Origin: Mobula hypostoma
Lineage: Eukaryota
Direction: 5' to 3'
Assembly (NCBI RefSeq): GCF_963921235.1
Contig: NC_086100.1
Coordinates: 203,548,001-203,612,000 of the forward strand
Length of the DNA stretch: 64,000 bases
The notes under the pieces are model-generated. The model was not told where the DNA came from, did not search any database, and was given only the letters and a program-made list of their open reading frames with translations. Shown in pieces: positions 12,496-25,600 of this stretch. The translations under genes were made by a program, and so were the position numbers. Every line of letters begins with the position of its first letter. Within the stretch, counting starts at the first letter, position 1.

Positions 12496-12611
12496 GTCAC
12501 GTTGATGTTGATGATGCCTCCGTCGGGGTCGTCATCAACGCTCTTCATCTCGGCCGAGAGCTGGAAGGCGGAGTCGCGATGTTTGGGAAGGGTATTGTAC
12601 CGCAGTGTGGT
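12496..12611 (-). CDS. A2M: A2M-like exon (exon 31 equivalent): TTLRYNTLPKHRDSAFQLSAEMKSVDDDPDGGIININVT
   Basis: ctcag acceptor, AC|gtgagt donor, 116 bp, phase 0 to 2. Confidence 0.88.
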
Positions 12612-12779
12612 CTGAGATGGTGGAGTGAGTGAGGGCGAAACAGTTACCGCAGGATCCCCGGTCTGATTCCCAACTCCCTCTGTCCCATCGCTCCGTCAAT
12701 CCTCCTACCTCCCCCAAGCAGCCTGTGTCCAGCTCCCCTTCGCCCCTCACATTGGTGCGTTGTCCTCCTATAATCAACG

Positions 12780-14240
12780 CTGCTTCCTCGTCCTTCTCCC
12801 CCCCCCCCACTCCATCTGTTCATCACTCTTTTCTTCACCATTCTAATCCCAAATCTATCACTCTCTCTCTGTCTCCTTCCTTCCTCCCTCTCCTGGCCCC
12901 TCCACTCCGCCTGGCACTCCCCTCCAAACCTCGCCAACCCTCTACTCCCACCCTTCTTCACCCTATCTCTGCCCCTGCCTCTCTCCCTCTGAGCTGCTTC
13001 ACCCTTCCCTCCCTCCTTCTGTGTCCCCTCCCTCCCTCCCACCCACTCTTCCCACCGTCCTTCCTTCTTTCCGTCTTCACTCCCTCCCTTTCATCTCTCT
13101 ATCCTCTTCCTCCCTCTGCCCGGCACATTCCTCTCCCTTCCATCCCACATCCCTGTCCTTCTACACTCCCCCTCCCTCCCTCGCATGTCCCCTCTCTGAC
13201 CCCTCCATCTCTTTCTTCCCCCGCCCTCCCCTCTCTGCCTCCTCTTCCGCTCTCTAAGCCCCATCTCTCTATCTCTTTCCTCCCTCCCTCCCTCTCCTCT
13301 CTGTCTTACATCATCTCCCTCCCTCTGTGTCCCCTCTGTCATCCCAATCTCTCTATCCCGGTCTTTACTTCTCCCTCCTTTGGTCCCTATCTCCATCCCT
13401 TCCATCTCATTATCCTCCCTTCTCTCCATCCATCCTTGTCCCTTCACTCGCCTCAATCTTTCTATTCCCTTCTTCTCTCCCTTCATCAACTGGACACTGT
13501 CTTTGCCCCTACATCCCTCTCTCTGACCTGTCCCGCTGTCACCTCATTTACCCCCTGTCCCTCTAACCCCTTCTTTCCCCCCTCTGCCTCTCCCTCACCC
13601 TTGATTCTCCGTCCCGTTCCTTCCTCCCTCTCTTCCTCTTTTCTCCAACCTGCTCTCCTCCCATTAACTCAGTCCCCTCCCTCACCCTCTTCTATCTATC
13701 ACCTTCCTCTGTCCCCTTCCTGGCACTTCCCACCCCATCTTCTCCTTCTTGCCCTCCTCCTCTGTATCCCTCAGCTCTATCTCTCTGTCCACTCCCTCTC
13801 TCATCTCAGCCCTGAACTCCAGCTTCTATCTTTATGTCTCCTCTCTCATACCCGCTTCTCTATCCCATTCCTCCCTCCCTTCTTCCTTTCCTCCCTTTCC
13901 AGACCTCCTTCCGTTCCATTCCTTCGTCTTTTCCTCTTTGCACCCCTTCCATCGCCCCTGTTTCACTGCATGCGACCACTCCTTTCTGCAACCTCGCTCT
14001 GCCCCCTCTTTTCCCTCTGTCCATACTCCCCCCTTGTCTATACTCCATCACCCTTCAAGCCATTCCTCCATCCTCCCTTGTCGTTTTGTGCTCCCGCTTC
14101 CTTTCATTCTAAATTCACTGACGTTCACTCAATCCCTCCATACTCCATTTTCCCCACCCTTCCCCACTGCTTCCTCCTGCCTCACTCGTCCCACTTCATT
14201 CTTCATTCCACTCACCCCCACCTTCTCCTCCTATCACAAC
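12780..14240. repeat. Polypyrimidine (CT-rich) low-complexity tract; similar tracts at 27540-28260 and (purine strand) 20940-21680
   Basis: Direct inspection. Confidence 0.85.
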
Positions 14241-14519
14241 AGTCATCACCAGCAGTCTCTCAGTGAGGCCAGACGACAGAAAGAGCCCCCCACTGGATAA
14301 GGCCAGGTCCTCCCCCTCACGATTCCCTCCGACCCTTAAACCCTCAGATCTGTTACAGAGGGAGGAAGGCATGGGGAAGGAGCAGAGATCAAGGAAAGGG
14401 AGAGGAGGCAGTTGGGATGATGGAAAGGTTAAACCTTCATCAATCAAAGTATTGAACACAAAAGATGGGATGTTATCTGAAGTTCTGCAAGATCTTGGCG
14501 AGGCCTCTTTGTGTGTGGT

Positions 14520-16320
14520 AGACCAGGAAGTGTCTGTGGTGTTGAGGCAAATCAGTGTGGATAAATCCCAGAGCCTGACAAGGTGTTTCCTCGAACCATA
14601 CGGGAGGCATGTGCAGAAATTGCTGGGGCCTTAACAGAGATGTCTAAGTCATCCTTAGCGTCAGGTGTGGTACCAGAGGATTGGAGAATAGCCAATGTTG
14701 TTCTGCTGTTTAGAAAAGGGTCTAAAATAAACCAGGAGATTATAGGCCTGTGGGCAAGTAATTGGAAAAGGTGCTCTAGGCCACAGGATATATGAGTTTT
14801 TGGATAGATATGGACAGGTTAGGGATAGTCAACATGGTTTCGTGCATGATAGGTCGTGTCCAACCAATCTTATAGAGCTTTCTGAGAATGTTACTAGGAA
14901 AGTGGATGAAGGCAAGGCAGAGGATGTCGTCTACATGGAGTTTAACAAGGCATTTGACAAGGTCCCACAAGGGAGGTTGGTCAGGAAGATTCAGCTGCTG
15001 GGCGTTGAAGCTGAGATAGTAAATTGGATTAGACATTGGTTTTGAGGGAGAAGACAGGGACCGGTAGTACAGTGTTGCCTCTCTAACTGTAGGCCTGTAA
15101 CAGGTGGAGTGCTACAGGATTGGTGCTGGGTCCTTTGTTGCTTGTCATCTATATCAACAATTTGGATGATAGTGTTGTTAACTGCATCAGCAAATTTGTA
15201 GATTACGTCGATTGGGGGATGTTTGGATAGCAGGAAGGCTAGCAAATTTTGCAGCGGGAACTGGACAGGCTGCAAAAATGGACTGACAAATGGCAGATGG
15301 AATTTAATGCAGACAAGTCTGAGGTGTTGTGTTTCAGTAGGACCAACTAAGGTAGGTTTTACACAATGAACGGTAGGACATTGAGGAGTGTGGTAGAACA
15401 AAGGGCTCTGGGAATACAGGTCCGTAATTCGCTGAAAGTGGTGTCACGTGTAGATAGGGTCGTAAAGAAAACGTTTGGCTCGTTTGCTTTCACGAATCAA
15501 ATTACTGCGTACAGAAGTTGGGATGTTATACTGAAGCTATATAAGGCTTTGGTCAGGCCTAATTCAGAGTATTGTGTGCAGTTTTGGTCACTTACCTAAA
15601 GGTAAATAAGTCTGAAAAAGTTCAGAGAAAATTTACAAGGGGTTGCCGGGACTGGAGGACCAGAGCTATAGGGAAAGTTTGAATAGTTTCGGACTTTATT
15701 CCCTGGAGTGCAGGAGAATGAGGGGAGATTTGACAGGGGTAAACAAAACAGGACTCCCACCACCCATGTTGCGATCTCTTCTCGCTGCTGCCAGACCCCA
15801 CACCACCAGGTGTAGGAACAGTTGTCATAACGCAACCATTAGGCTGCTGAAGCAAAGGGGATGACTTCACCTAACTTCACTTACCCCATCACTGAAATGT
15901 TCCCACAATCTATGGACTCACTTTCAAGGACACTTCATGTCATGTTCTAGGTATTTATTGATAATTTATTTATTATTATTAGTTCTTTCTTTTTGCGTTT
16001 GCACAGTCTGAATCTTTTGCACACGTGTTCAACACCCAACTGGTGCGGTCTTTCATTGATAAACTAACTTTGAACTTTCATTTCTGAGGGGTATAGGTCG
16101 GGCAGGTGCAAGCACGCTTTTTCCATTGAGGTTGGGTGAGACTAGGACGAGAGATCATGGATTAAGGGTGAAAGGTAAAAAGTTTAGTGGGGAACATGAG
16201 TGGAATCTTCCTCACAGAGTGTGGTGAGAGTGTAGAAAGAAATGTCAACGCAAGTGGCGCGTGAGGGCTCGATTTCAAAACTGAAGACAAGTTTGGAGAG
16301 GCGCATGGATGGGACGGAGA
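14520..16320 (+). mobile_element. Degenerate CR1-like LINE; its 3' end resumes at about 19345-19445; carries a Rex1-like 3' fragment at about 15750-16080
   Basis: VPEDWRIANV, SQHGF, YMEFNKAFDKVP, EYCVQFWS. Confidence 0.82.
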
Positions 16321-16321
16321 T

Positions 16322-19300
16322 CATAAGACCATAAGACCATAAGCCAAAAGAGCAGAAGTCGGCCATTCGGCCCATCGAGTCTGCTCCGCCATTTTATCAT
16401 GAGCTGATCCATTCTCCCATTTAGTCCCACTCCCCCGCCTTCTCACCATAACCTTTGATGCCCTGGCTACTCAGATACCTATCAATCTCTGCCTAAAATA
16501 CACCCAATGACTTGACCTCTACTGCCGCCCGTGGCAACAAATTCCACAGACTCACCACCCTCTGTCAAAAAAAATTTCTTCGCATTTCTGTTCTGAATGG
16601 GCGCCCTTCAATCCTGAAGTCATGCCCTCTCGTACTAGACTCCCCCATCATGGGAAACAACTTTGCCGCATCCACTCTGTCCATGCCTTTCAACATTCGA
16701 AATGTTTCTATGAGGTCTCCCCTCATTCTTCTAAACTCCAAGGAATACAGTCCAAGAGCGGACAAACGTTCCTCATATGTTAACCCTCTCAATCCCGGAA
16801 TCATTCCAGTGAATCTTCTCTGAACCCTCTCCAACGTCAACACATCCTTTCTTAAATAAGGAGACCAAAACTGCCCACAGTACTCTAAGTGAGATCTCAC
16901 CAGTGCCTTATAGAGCCTCAACATCACATCCCTGCTCCTATACTCTATTCCTCTAGAAATGAATACGACCATTGTATTTGCCTTCTTCACCACCGACTCA
17001 AACTGGAGGTTAACCTTAAGGGTATGCTGTACGAGGACTCCCAAGTCCTGTTGCATCTCAGAACTTTGAATACTCTCCCCATTTAAATAATAGTCTGCCC
17101 GTTTATTTTTTCTGCCAAAGCGCATAACCATACACTTTCCAACATTGTATTTCATTTGCCACATCTTTGCCCATTCTTCCAATCTATCCAAGACTCTCTG
17201 CAGGCTCTCTGTTTCCTCAGCAGTACCAGCCCCTCCACCTATCTTAGTATCATCAGCAAACTTAACCACAAAGCCATCTATTCCATAATCTTAATCGTTG
17301 ATGTGCAATCTAAAAAGAAGCGGCCCCAACACGGACCCCTGTGAAACACCACTGGTAACCGGCAGCCAACCAGAATGGGATCCCTATATTCCCACACTCT
17401 GTTTCCTGCCAATCAGCCAACGCTCTATCCATGTATGTAATTTTCCCGTAATTCCATGGGCTCTTATCTTGTTAAGTAGCCTCATGTGTGGCATCTTGCC
17501 AAAGGCCTTCTGAAAATCCAAATATACAACATCCACTGCATCTCCCTTGTCTAGCCTACTTGTAATTTCCTCAAAAAAAATTGTAATAGGTTTGTCAGGC
17601 AGTATTTTCCTTCAAGGAATCCATGCTGAGTTCTGCCTATCTTGTCATATGCCTCCAGGTACTCTGTAACCTCATCCTTGACAATCGACTCCAACAACTT
17701 CCCAACCACTGATGTCAAGCTAACAGGTCTATAATTTCCTTTTTGCTTCCTTGCCCCCTTCTTAAATAGCGGAGTGACATTTGAAACCTTCCAGTCCTCC
17801 GGAACCATGCCAGAATCTATCGACTTTTGAAAGATCATCGCTAATGCCTCCGCAATCTCCACAGCTACTTCCTTCAGAACACGAGGGTGCATTCCATCTG
17901 GTCCGGGAGATTTATCTACCTTTAGCCTATTCAGCTTCCTGAGTACTTTCTCTGTCGTAATTGTGACTGCGCACACTTCTCTTCCCTGACACCCTTGAGT
18001 GTCCGGTATCCTGCTGATGTCTTCCTCAGTGAGGACTGATTCAAAGTACTCGTTCAGTTCCTCCGCCATCTCCTTATCTCCCATTACAATTCCTCCAGCA
18101 TAATTTTCTAACGATTCTATATCTACTTTCACCTGTCTTTTAGCCTTTATATACATGAAAAAGCTTTTAGTATCCTCTTTGATATTATTTGCTCGTTTCC
18201 TTTCACAGCTCATCTTTTCCCTCTTAATGACCTTCTTAGTTTCCTTTTGTAAGCTTTTAAAAACTTCCCAATCCTCTGTCTCCCCACTAATTTTTGCTTC
18301 CTTGTATGACCTCTCCTTTGCTTTAACTTTGGCTTTGACTTCTCTTGTCAGCTACAGTTGCATCCTTTTTCGATCAGAAAATTTCTTCTTTTTTGGAATA
18401 TATCTGTCTTGCACCTTCCTCACTTCTTGCATAAACTCCAGCCACTGCTGCTCAGCTATCCTACCTGCTAGTCTCCCTTTCCAGTCAACTTTGGGCAGTT
18501 CCTCTCTCATGCCACTGTAATTTCCTTTATTCCACTGAAATACCGACACATCGGATTTCAGCTTCTCTTTTTCTAATTTCACAGTGAACTCAGTCATGTC
18601 ATGATCACTGCCTCCTAAGGGTTCCTTCACCTCAATCTCTCTAATCGTCTCTGGTTCATTACACAATACCCAATTCAGTACAGCCGATCCCCTAGTGGGC
18701 TCAACAACAAGCTGTTCTAAAAAGCCATCTTGCAGACATTTTACAAATTTGAAATCCAGTGCCGACCTGATTTTCCCAATCCACTCGCATGTTAATATCC
18801 CCCATAATTTTCATAACACAGGCCTTCTGACAAGCCTTTTCTATTGCCTGTTGTAATTTGTAGTCCACATCACTGCAGCTGTTTGGAGGCCTGTATGTAA
18901 CTGCCATCAGGGTCCTTTTACCCCTGTGATTTCTTAGCTCAACCCATAAAGATTCTGCACCTTCCGATCCTATATCACCTCTTTCTAATGATTTAATATT
19001 ATTTTTTACCAATAAAGCCACACCACCCCCTCTGCCTACCTGCCTATCCTTCCGATACATCGTGTATCCTTGGATGTTCAGCTCCCAGAGACATGCATCC
19101 TTTAGCCACATCTCAGTGATGGCCACAATATCATACCTGTCGATCTGTAGCTGTACGACAAGATCATTGACCTTATTCCTTATGCTGCATGCATTTAAGT
19201 ACAACACCTTAAGACCAGTATTTGGTACTTTTTGCTTTGATTGGCACTGCAACTCATCCGAATAGCTGCAAATTTGACTCATCACCTGCTTGTCCTTCTT

Positions 19301-19335
19301 GACATCTTTACTGCTCACTCTCTGAGATTTATTTT
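16322..19335 (-). mobile_element. 5'-truncated CR1-like LINE (endonuclease-RT ORF2 with several frameshifts) nested in the previous CR1
   Basis: LYLNACSIRNK, AITEMWL, YRPP, GSDHD, KSPGPDG, KFADDTK; (cataagac)n tail at 16322-16343. Confidence 0.92.
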
Positions 19336-19894
19336 TGTTTTCCCTATGGTCCCAGTGCAGGTAGATGTCAGTAGGCAGTTTAAATTGTTTGGCACGGACT
19401 AGATGGATTGAAGGGCCTGTTTTTTGTGCTATGACGTTATATGACCATGGAGGAAAGAGGGAAGAGGTCCGGAAAGGAGTGAGAAGAGAGGGAGTTGGGC
19501 TGCGGAAGGTAGGGTGATAGGGAGGAAGGAAGAAAGGGAGATTTGATAAGACAGAGAGAAGAGGGAAAGATCGGTTGTGCGTTAGGGGAGGAGTTGGGAC
19601 AGAGGCAGGAGGAGTGACAGGGAGAGGGAATGTACCAGTTTGGGAGGAATGGAACGAGCAGCGAGTTGTACTGAGTTGGTTAAAGGAATGAAAGCAGAGG
19701 CTGGAGGGAGGGAGGGAGCAGGAAAGAGTTGGGATGGAGGCAAGGGGGACAGTTGGGGGTGGAGAAACACGGAAGAAGGAAGGTGGACTTGGGAAGGTGT
19801 GTAAAGGGTTCAGATGGAGGAAGGGAGGGGAGGGTCAAGTTGACGGAGGAGGAATGAGACCTGCGGAGACGAGAGTGAGGAAGGGGAAACTCGC

Positions 19895-20110
19895 CTGTAG
19901 CAACAGACAGCTGCTCCCGCTGACGTGGACCGTGTAGTCACTGGGAATATCCTGCAGCTTCTCGCTCTGAAGCACCAGCTGGTTGGAGGCATCCAGCCGG
20001 ATTTCCCGGTGGAAGTCGTTCTTGCCGGTCAAAGTCACCAGCCCCTGAGGGTCCGAGACGTGGGTCAGGCTGCCGTAGAGTGAGAGAGCATGAAGAGCGA
20101 CCACCGTGTC
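19895..20110 (-). CDS. A2M: A2M-like exon (exon 30 equivalent): DTVVALHALSLY...GSSCLLLQ
   Basis: cacag acceptor, non-canonical CAG|gcgagt donor, 216 bp, phase 0 to 0. Confidence 0.9.
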
Positions 20111-20558
20111 CTGTGGGTGGGTCGCGGAGAAAGCAGACAGTAACACACGGAGAAAAGACCACTCCGCTACGCCATGCTACTCAACATCGACCTGAAGATC
20201 CGGACCAGGAATTCAAAGTCCAAGGAATCTAATGGCCCTTGAATGCCGACCAAAAATGGAGAAGGACCAGAGCCCGGGAAAATCTTGCACGTACATGGGC
20301 TGGGAAATCCAACTCCCCTTCCAAGGGAACATCTCCGGTGATTTTCGCCAAACCTTTCGTGTTCCCTCCAGATTTCCATCTCTTTGGTCAACATTTCCAT
20401 TGCCCAAGCCTCACCCATCCCGATTTTCCTATCTCACCAATCCCTCTCCTTCTCCCTCTGCCGTCTTTCTCGCTCCAATGCTCACGCCGCCCCTCCAGAT
20501 CCCTTCGCCTCTCGCTCCGAAGTGCCCACTCCCTCGTCAATCCCGTTCCCATACCCAC

Positions 20559-20785
20559 CTGGGTAGAGGCGAAGCCCCCGTATGCGTTCCTCTGGCGGAC
20601 CAGCCAGTTGACGATGGTGGTGGCCCGCTGCAGGTCTACAGGGCTCACCGGGGGCTGGGACAGGAGGGCGAGAAGGACGTAGGCTGTCATCTCCACCTCA
20701 GCCGAGGGGGCTCTCCACCAGTACCAAATAAAGTCCTCGTCCTCTTCCTCTGCCTCTGTGGCCCTTGTCCAGTACCTCATTCCAT
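20559..20785 (-). CDS. A2M: A2M-like exon (exon 29 equivalent): DGMRYW...SAEVEMTAYVLLA...GGFASTQ
   Basis: cacag acceptor, CAG|gtggg donor, 227 bp, phase 1 to 0. Confidence 0.94.
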
Positions 20786-21697
20786 CTGTGCAAGGGAAAG
20801 GTGAGTAGTCACGGGGAGCGTTCTAATGTCATGAGGGTCCGAGATATTCAGAGGAGGGGGGAGGACGACCGAAGTCCCAGAGTCGAGGGGACTCCAAGGT
20901 CACAGATGCTAAGGCACAACGCGATGGCTACCGCGGTCCAAGGGGAGGGGGAGGTAGGAACAGTGAGGGGTAAGGAAAGGAGAATTTGGATAATTGTTGT
21001 GGAGGAAGAGGGAGGAAGGTTGAGGGTTGAGGCACAGTGATGTAGGGGAGGGAGGATGAGGATTGATTAGGGAAGAGGATTGAAGAAGTGCAAGAGGAGG
21101 GAAGAGTGCTGAGGTTTGAGGGTACAGTAGGGAGGAAGAGGAGGGCTGAGGCAATGAAGGATCGGGGAGAGGTAAGTGGAGGGAAGAAGGCTAAGGGTGG
21201 GTGAAAGGGAGCAGAGAAGAGGAAAACCGAGGTTGTGGAGTTGGATTGTTGAGGGTAAGGCCGAGAGAAGTACTGAGGGTTGAAGGGTTGCGGTAATGTC
21301 GAGTTGGGGAGGATTAAGAGGAGGGAAGAGAGACGAGGGTTAAGGGTTAAGTAGGCAGGGAAGAGGAAGTTCGAGACAGTGGAGTATTGGGGAGGAGGGA
21401 AAATGTTGAGGGAGGGTGAAAGGAAGGAGGGGTTGAGGATTAATGAAGGGAAGGAGAGAAGAGGAAGGTCGAGGTGGTGGATTGGATTGGTGACGGTATA
21501 CAGGAGGTTAGTGTGCTCGGAGGTTAAAGTAGGGAGAGAAGAGGAGGGTTGAGGAGGGTTAAGAAGTGGGAGGAGGGATAAGTCTGCAGCAATGGAGGAG
21601 GATTGGGGGGATATAGAGAAGGAAAGAGAATTGATTGTTGGGGAGGTTGAAGGGGAGTTAGGTGAGGGGGAGGGATTGTCCCTGACTTGTCCCTCAC

Positions 21698-21860
21698 CCT
21701 TTTTGACGGCTATCCCCTCCAGCTTGCCGAGGAGCCAATCCCTGGAGACGGTGTCCCCTGCCAAGGTGAAAGTGTAGGCGAGAAGAGCCAGCGTGTACGT
21801 GCTGTTCACTGTCTGCATCTGCTTCCTCAGGCAACGGAGGGAAGGCTCCAGCACTGCCGT
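21698..21860 (-). CDS. A2M: A2M-like exon (exon 28 equivalent): TAVLEPSLRCL...TYTLALLAYTFTLAG...AVKK
   Basis: tctag acceptor, G|gtgag donor, 163 bp, phase 0 to 1. Confidence 0.92.
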
Positions 21861-22689
21861 CTAGACGGACAGACAGTCAGACACTCCAAGAAAACGCTTC
21901 CCACTACTTCCTCCCCGACAAATCCCCCTCATTCCGACTGTCACTGAAACTCTCCACAAGTAGTTCTCTCTCGAGATACACTCTATTCGTCGTCCTGTTC
22001 CAATCCGCCTCAGCCCATCCAATCACCCCTCACACAAACACTGTTTGCTCCTCCACATGTATCCTAAATTCCACCAAATACCCCATACACTCTGCAAATA
22101 TCCATCATGCGCTTCCCACATACCCTTCCCAAGTAAATCTCACCCCATTCACATCACCATCCACAAATCGTTCGATCAAATACCCTCACTCCCTCCTCAC
22201 ATACCCTTCACTATCTCCAAATATCCTTGAAAATCTGCACAAATGCCCCTTCAACACAACTATCCTTCAAGCCTTTCGAAACCCTCCACCCACACCACAG
22301 ATAACCCACAACAGTTCCAAAGTTAACCAGCCCCCCGAGGTTTCCCTCACGCCCTCCAAGTACAGCTCTGACCCTCAGCAGCAAATGTCTCTCACACCTT
22401 CCAATGACTATCTCACAAGATCCCATCCTTCGATGCAATCAGCCAGCACCCCAAACACACGTCGTGAACCCCTCCGGCATCCTCCAGACTGTCCAATATT
22501 GATCAGACATTACAAATATCTCCTCGTTTTCAATGTCCCACACACACTGCAAACTCCCCAAGACGTAGGTCCTGCCACTGGCCCCTCAATGACCACTCTG
22601 CACCATTCTATCCAGATGTGCATCGGTAGCCCACAGCTGAACCCAAATGATTTAAGTATATTGGATTTGCCACCCACTCCCTCTCAATG

Positions 22690-25600
22690 GTCCCACAGCC
22701 ACAACCAGTGTTGTATACCCCACGACCAATGGTCTATCACCCACGACCAATGGTCTATCACCCGCCACCAATGGTCTATCACTCACCAGCAATGGTCTAT
22801 CACAGCCCGACAATGGTTTATCACATACCAATGGTATATCACCAACCACCAATGATCTATCACTCACCACCAATGGTATATCACGTATCACCAATGGTCA
22901 ATCACCTAACACTAATGGTCCATCATCAACACCAATTGTCTATCATGCAACACCAATGGTCTATCACTCACAGCCAATGGACAATCACACACCGTCAATT
23001 GTCTATCATACACCGCCAGTGGTCTATTACCCAACTCTAAGAACCTATCACTCATCGCCAATGGTGTATCATTCATCAATAGTCCATCATTCACAACTAC
23101 TGTCAATAAACCCAATACCAATGGGTTATCACCCATCACTAATGGCGTATCACTCATCAATAGTCCATCATTCACAACTACGGTCAACCTACCAAACACC
23201 AATGGCCTATCACCCACTATCAATGGTCTATTATCTTTCACCAATAGTTTATCACTCATTAGCTATGATCTATCACCCACAACCAATGGTCAATTACCGA
23301 CCAGCAATGGTCTAACATCACCTATCATCTATCGCCGCCAATGGTCCGTCAGCCACCACAAATGGTTAATCACCTTAACACCTATAATCAATGATCTATC
23401 ACATCACCAATGGTCCATCATCCACCACCAGTGATCCATCAGCCATCACCAATGGTACATCAATCACCACCAATGGTACTTCAACCAGTCGGAGTGGTCT
23501 ATCACCCATCACCAATGGTCTATCACTCACTTCGAATAATCTAACACCCAGCAAAATTATTCCATCATCCATCACCAATAGTCCATCATTCGCCATCAAT
23601 AGTGTATCACACATCCCATCACTAATGGTCTATCACCCACCACAAATGGTCTATCATTCACTACCAATGGCCGATCACTCCCCTCTAACTGGCTGTCACT
23701 CCCCACCAATCGTCCATCACCCTTCACGAATGATCTGTCACGCATCACAAATAGTCTATCACCCACCACCAATTGTCTATCGCCACGATGATCTGTCAGC
23801 CACGACCAATGGTCAATCATTCCACATCAACTGGTTATCAATCACCATTAATTATCCATCCACACCCAATTGCCTATCGCCCATCACTAATGGTCTATCA
23901 TCTACCACCAATGGTCTATCACCTACCACCAATGGTCTATCACTCATCCCCTATGATCTATCACCCACCACCAATAGTCCATCACACATCAGGAATTGTC
24001 CAACACCCACCACAAATGCTACATCTCTCACCGCAAATGGTATATCAGCCAGTCCCAGTGGTCTGTCACCCATCACTATTGGTCTATCACTCACTCCCAA
24101 TAATCTATCACCTAGAACAAACGGTCCATCATCCATCACCAATAGTCTATCCCTCATCACCAATGGTCTAGCATCCACCACCCGTGGTCTATCACTTACC
24201 ACCAATGGTCAATCATTCTACACCAATTGGCTATCACTCCCCACTGACTGTCCATCTCATGCCACCAATGATCTATCATCCACCACTAATTGCCCATCAC
24301 ATACCACCTATGATCTAACACCCTCCACCAATCGTCCATCAGCCACAACCAATCGCCCATCACCTACCACCAATGGTCTATTACCCACCACCAATGGTCC
24401 ATCACCCACCAGCATGGTCTAACACCACCTATGGTCTATCGCCACCAACGGTAAATCACCCATCACACGGTCAATCACATCATCAATTTACCATCACCCA
24501 GAACCAATGGTCCATCACCCATCATAAATGTTACATAACTCACCACCAATGGTGTATCAGCCTGTCCCACTGGTCTATCACCCATCAGCAATGGTCTATC
24601 ACTCACTCCCAATAACCTATCACCCAGCACAAATAGTCTATCATCCATCACCAATAGTCTACCCCATTTATGATGAGTGATGGACCATTGGTTCTGGGTG
24701 ATGATAAATTGGTGATGTAGTAAACCGTGTGATGGGTGATTTACCGTTGGTGGCAGTTGACAGGCCATTGGTGGCAATAGACCATAGGCCTATCAATGGT
24801 CTGGCACCCACCACCCGTGGTCTATCACCCACTAGCAATGGTCTATCAACTACCACCAATGGTCTAGAAACAACCAGCAGTTGTCTATCGCCACCAATGA
24901 TCTGTCAACCACGACCTTTGGTGGCTGTCAGACATATCCAATCATCTTTTACCTACCACCAATTGTCTATCGCCAACAATGATCTGTCAGACACGACCTT
25001 TGGTAGTAACTGACGGACCATTGGTGGCGATAGACCATTGGTGTGTGTGATAGACCATTTGTTGTACGTGATAGACCATTGGTGGTGGGCGATTGGCGAT
25101 TGGTGGTGGGTGATAGCCAATTGGTGGGGAGTGATTGACTATTGCTGGTGAGTGATAGACCATTGGTGGCGAGTGATGGACAATTGGTGGTGAGTGATGA
25201 ACCACTGGTGGTGTTTGCTAGGCCAGTGGAGGTTACTGATGGGCCATTGATAGTGAGTGAAGGAGCACTTGTGGTGATTGATAGACCATTGGTAATTGGT
25301 GGATGACAGACCATTGATGGTGGGTGATAGACCATTGCTGGTGAGTGATAGCTAATTGGTGCGGAGTGATTGACTATTGACAGTAGCTGACAGACCACTG
25401 GAGGCTGGTGGTAGACCATTTGCAGTACTTGATATACCGTTTGTGGTGGATGATGGACGATTAATGGTGTGTGATAGTCATTTGATGGGCAGTGATTTAC
25501 CATTGGTTGTGAGTGTTAAACCACTGGTGGTGGGTAATAGACCATTGGTGGTGGGTGATAGACCAATTGTGCTGAGTGATAGACAATTGGTAGTGAGTGA

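Noticed and set aside
12629..14266. 545-aa Pro/Ser/Leu-rich ORF (and similar ORFs at 27453-28250 and 62751-63554)
   Set aside because: Stop-poor CT-rich low-complexity DNA, antisense within introns; no domain motifs
23391..24422. Mucin- or extensin-like heptad ORFs (TNGLSPT, MVYHPPP, QWSITHH)
   Set aside because: Translations of a 21-bp minisatellite that is open in several frames, flips strand and has no splice support
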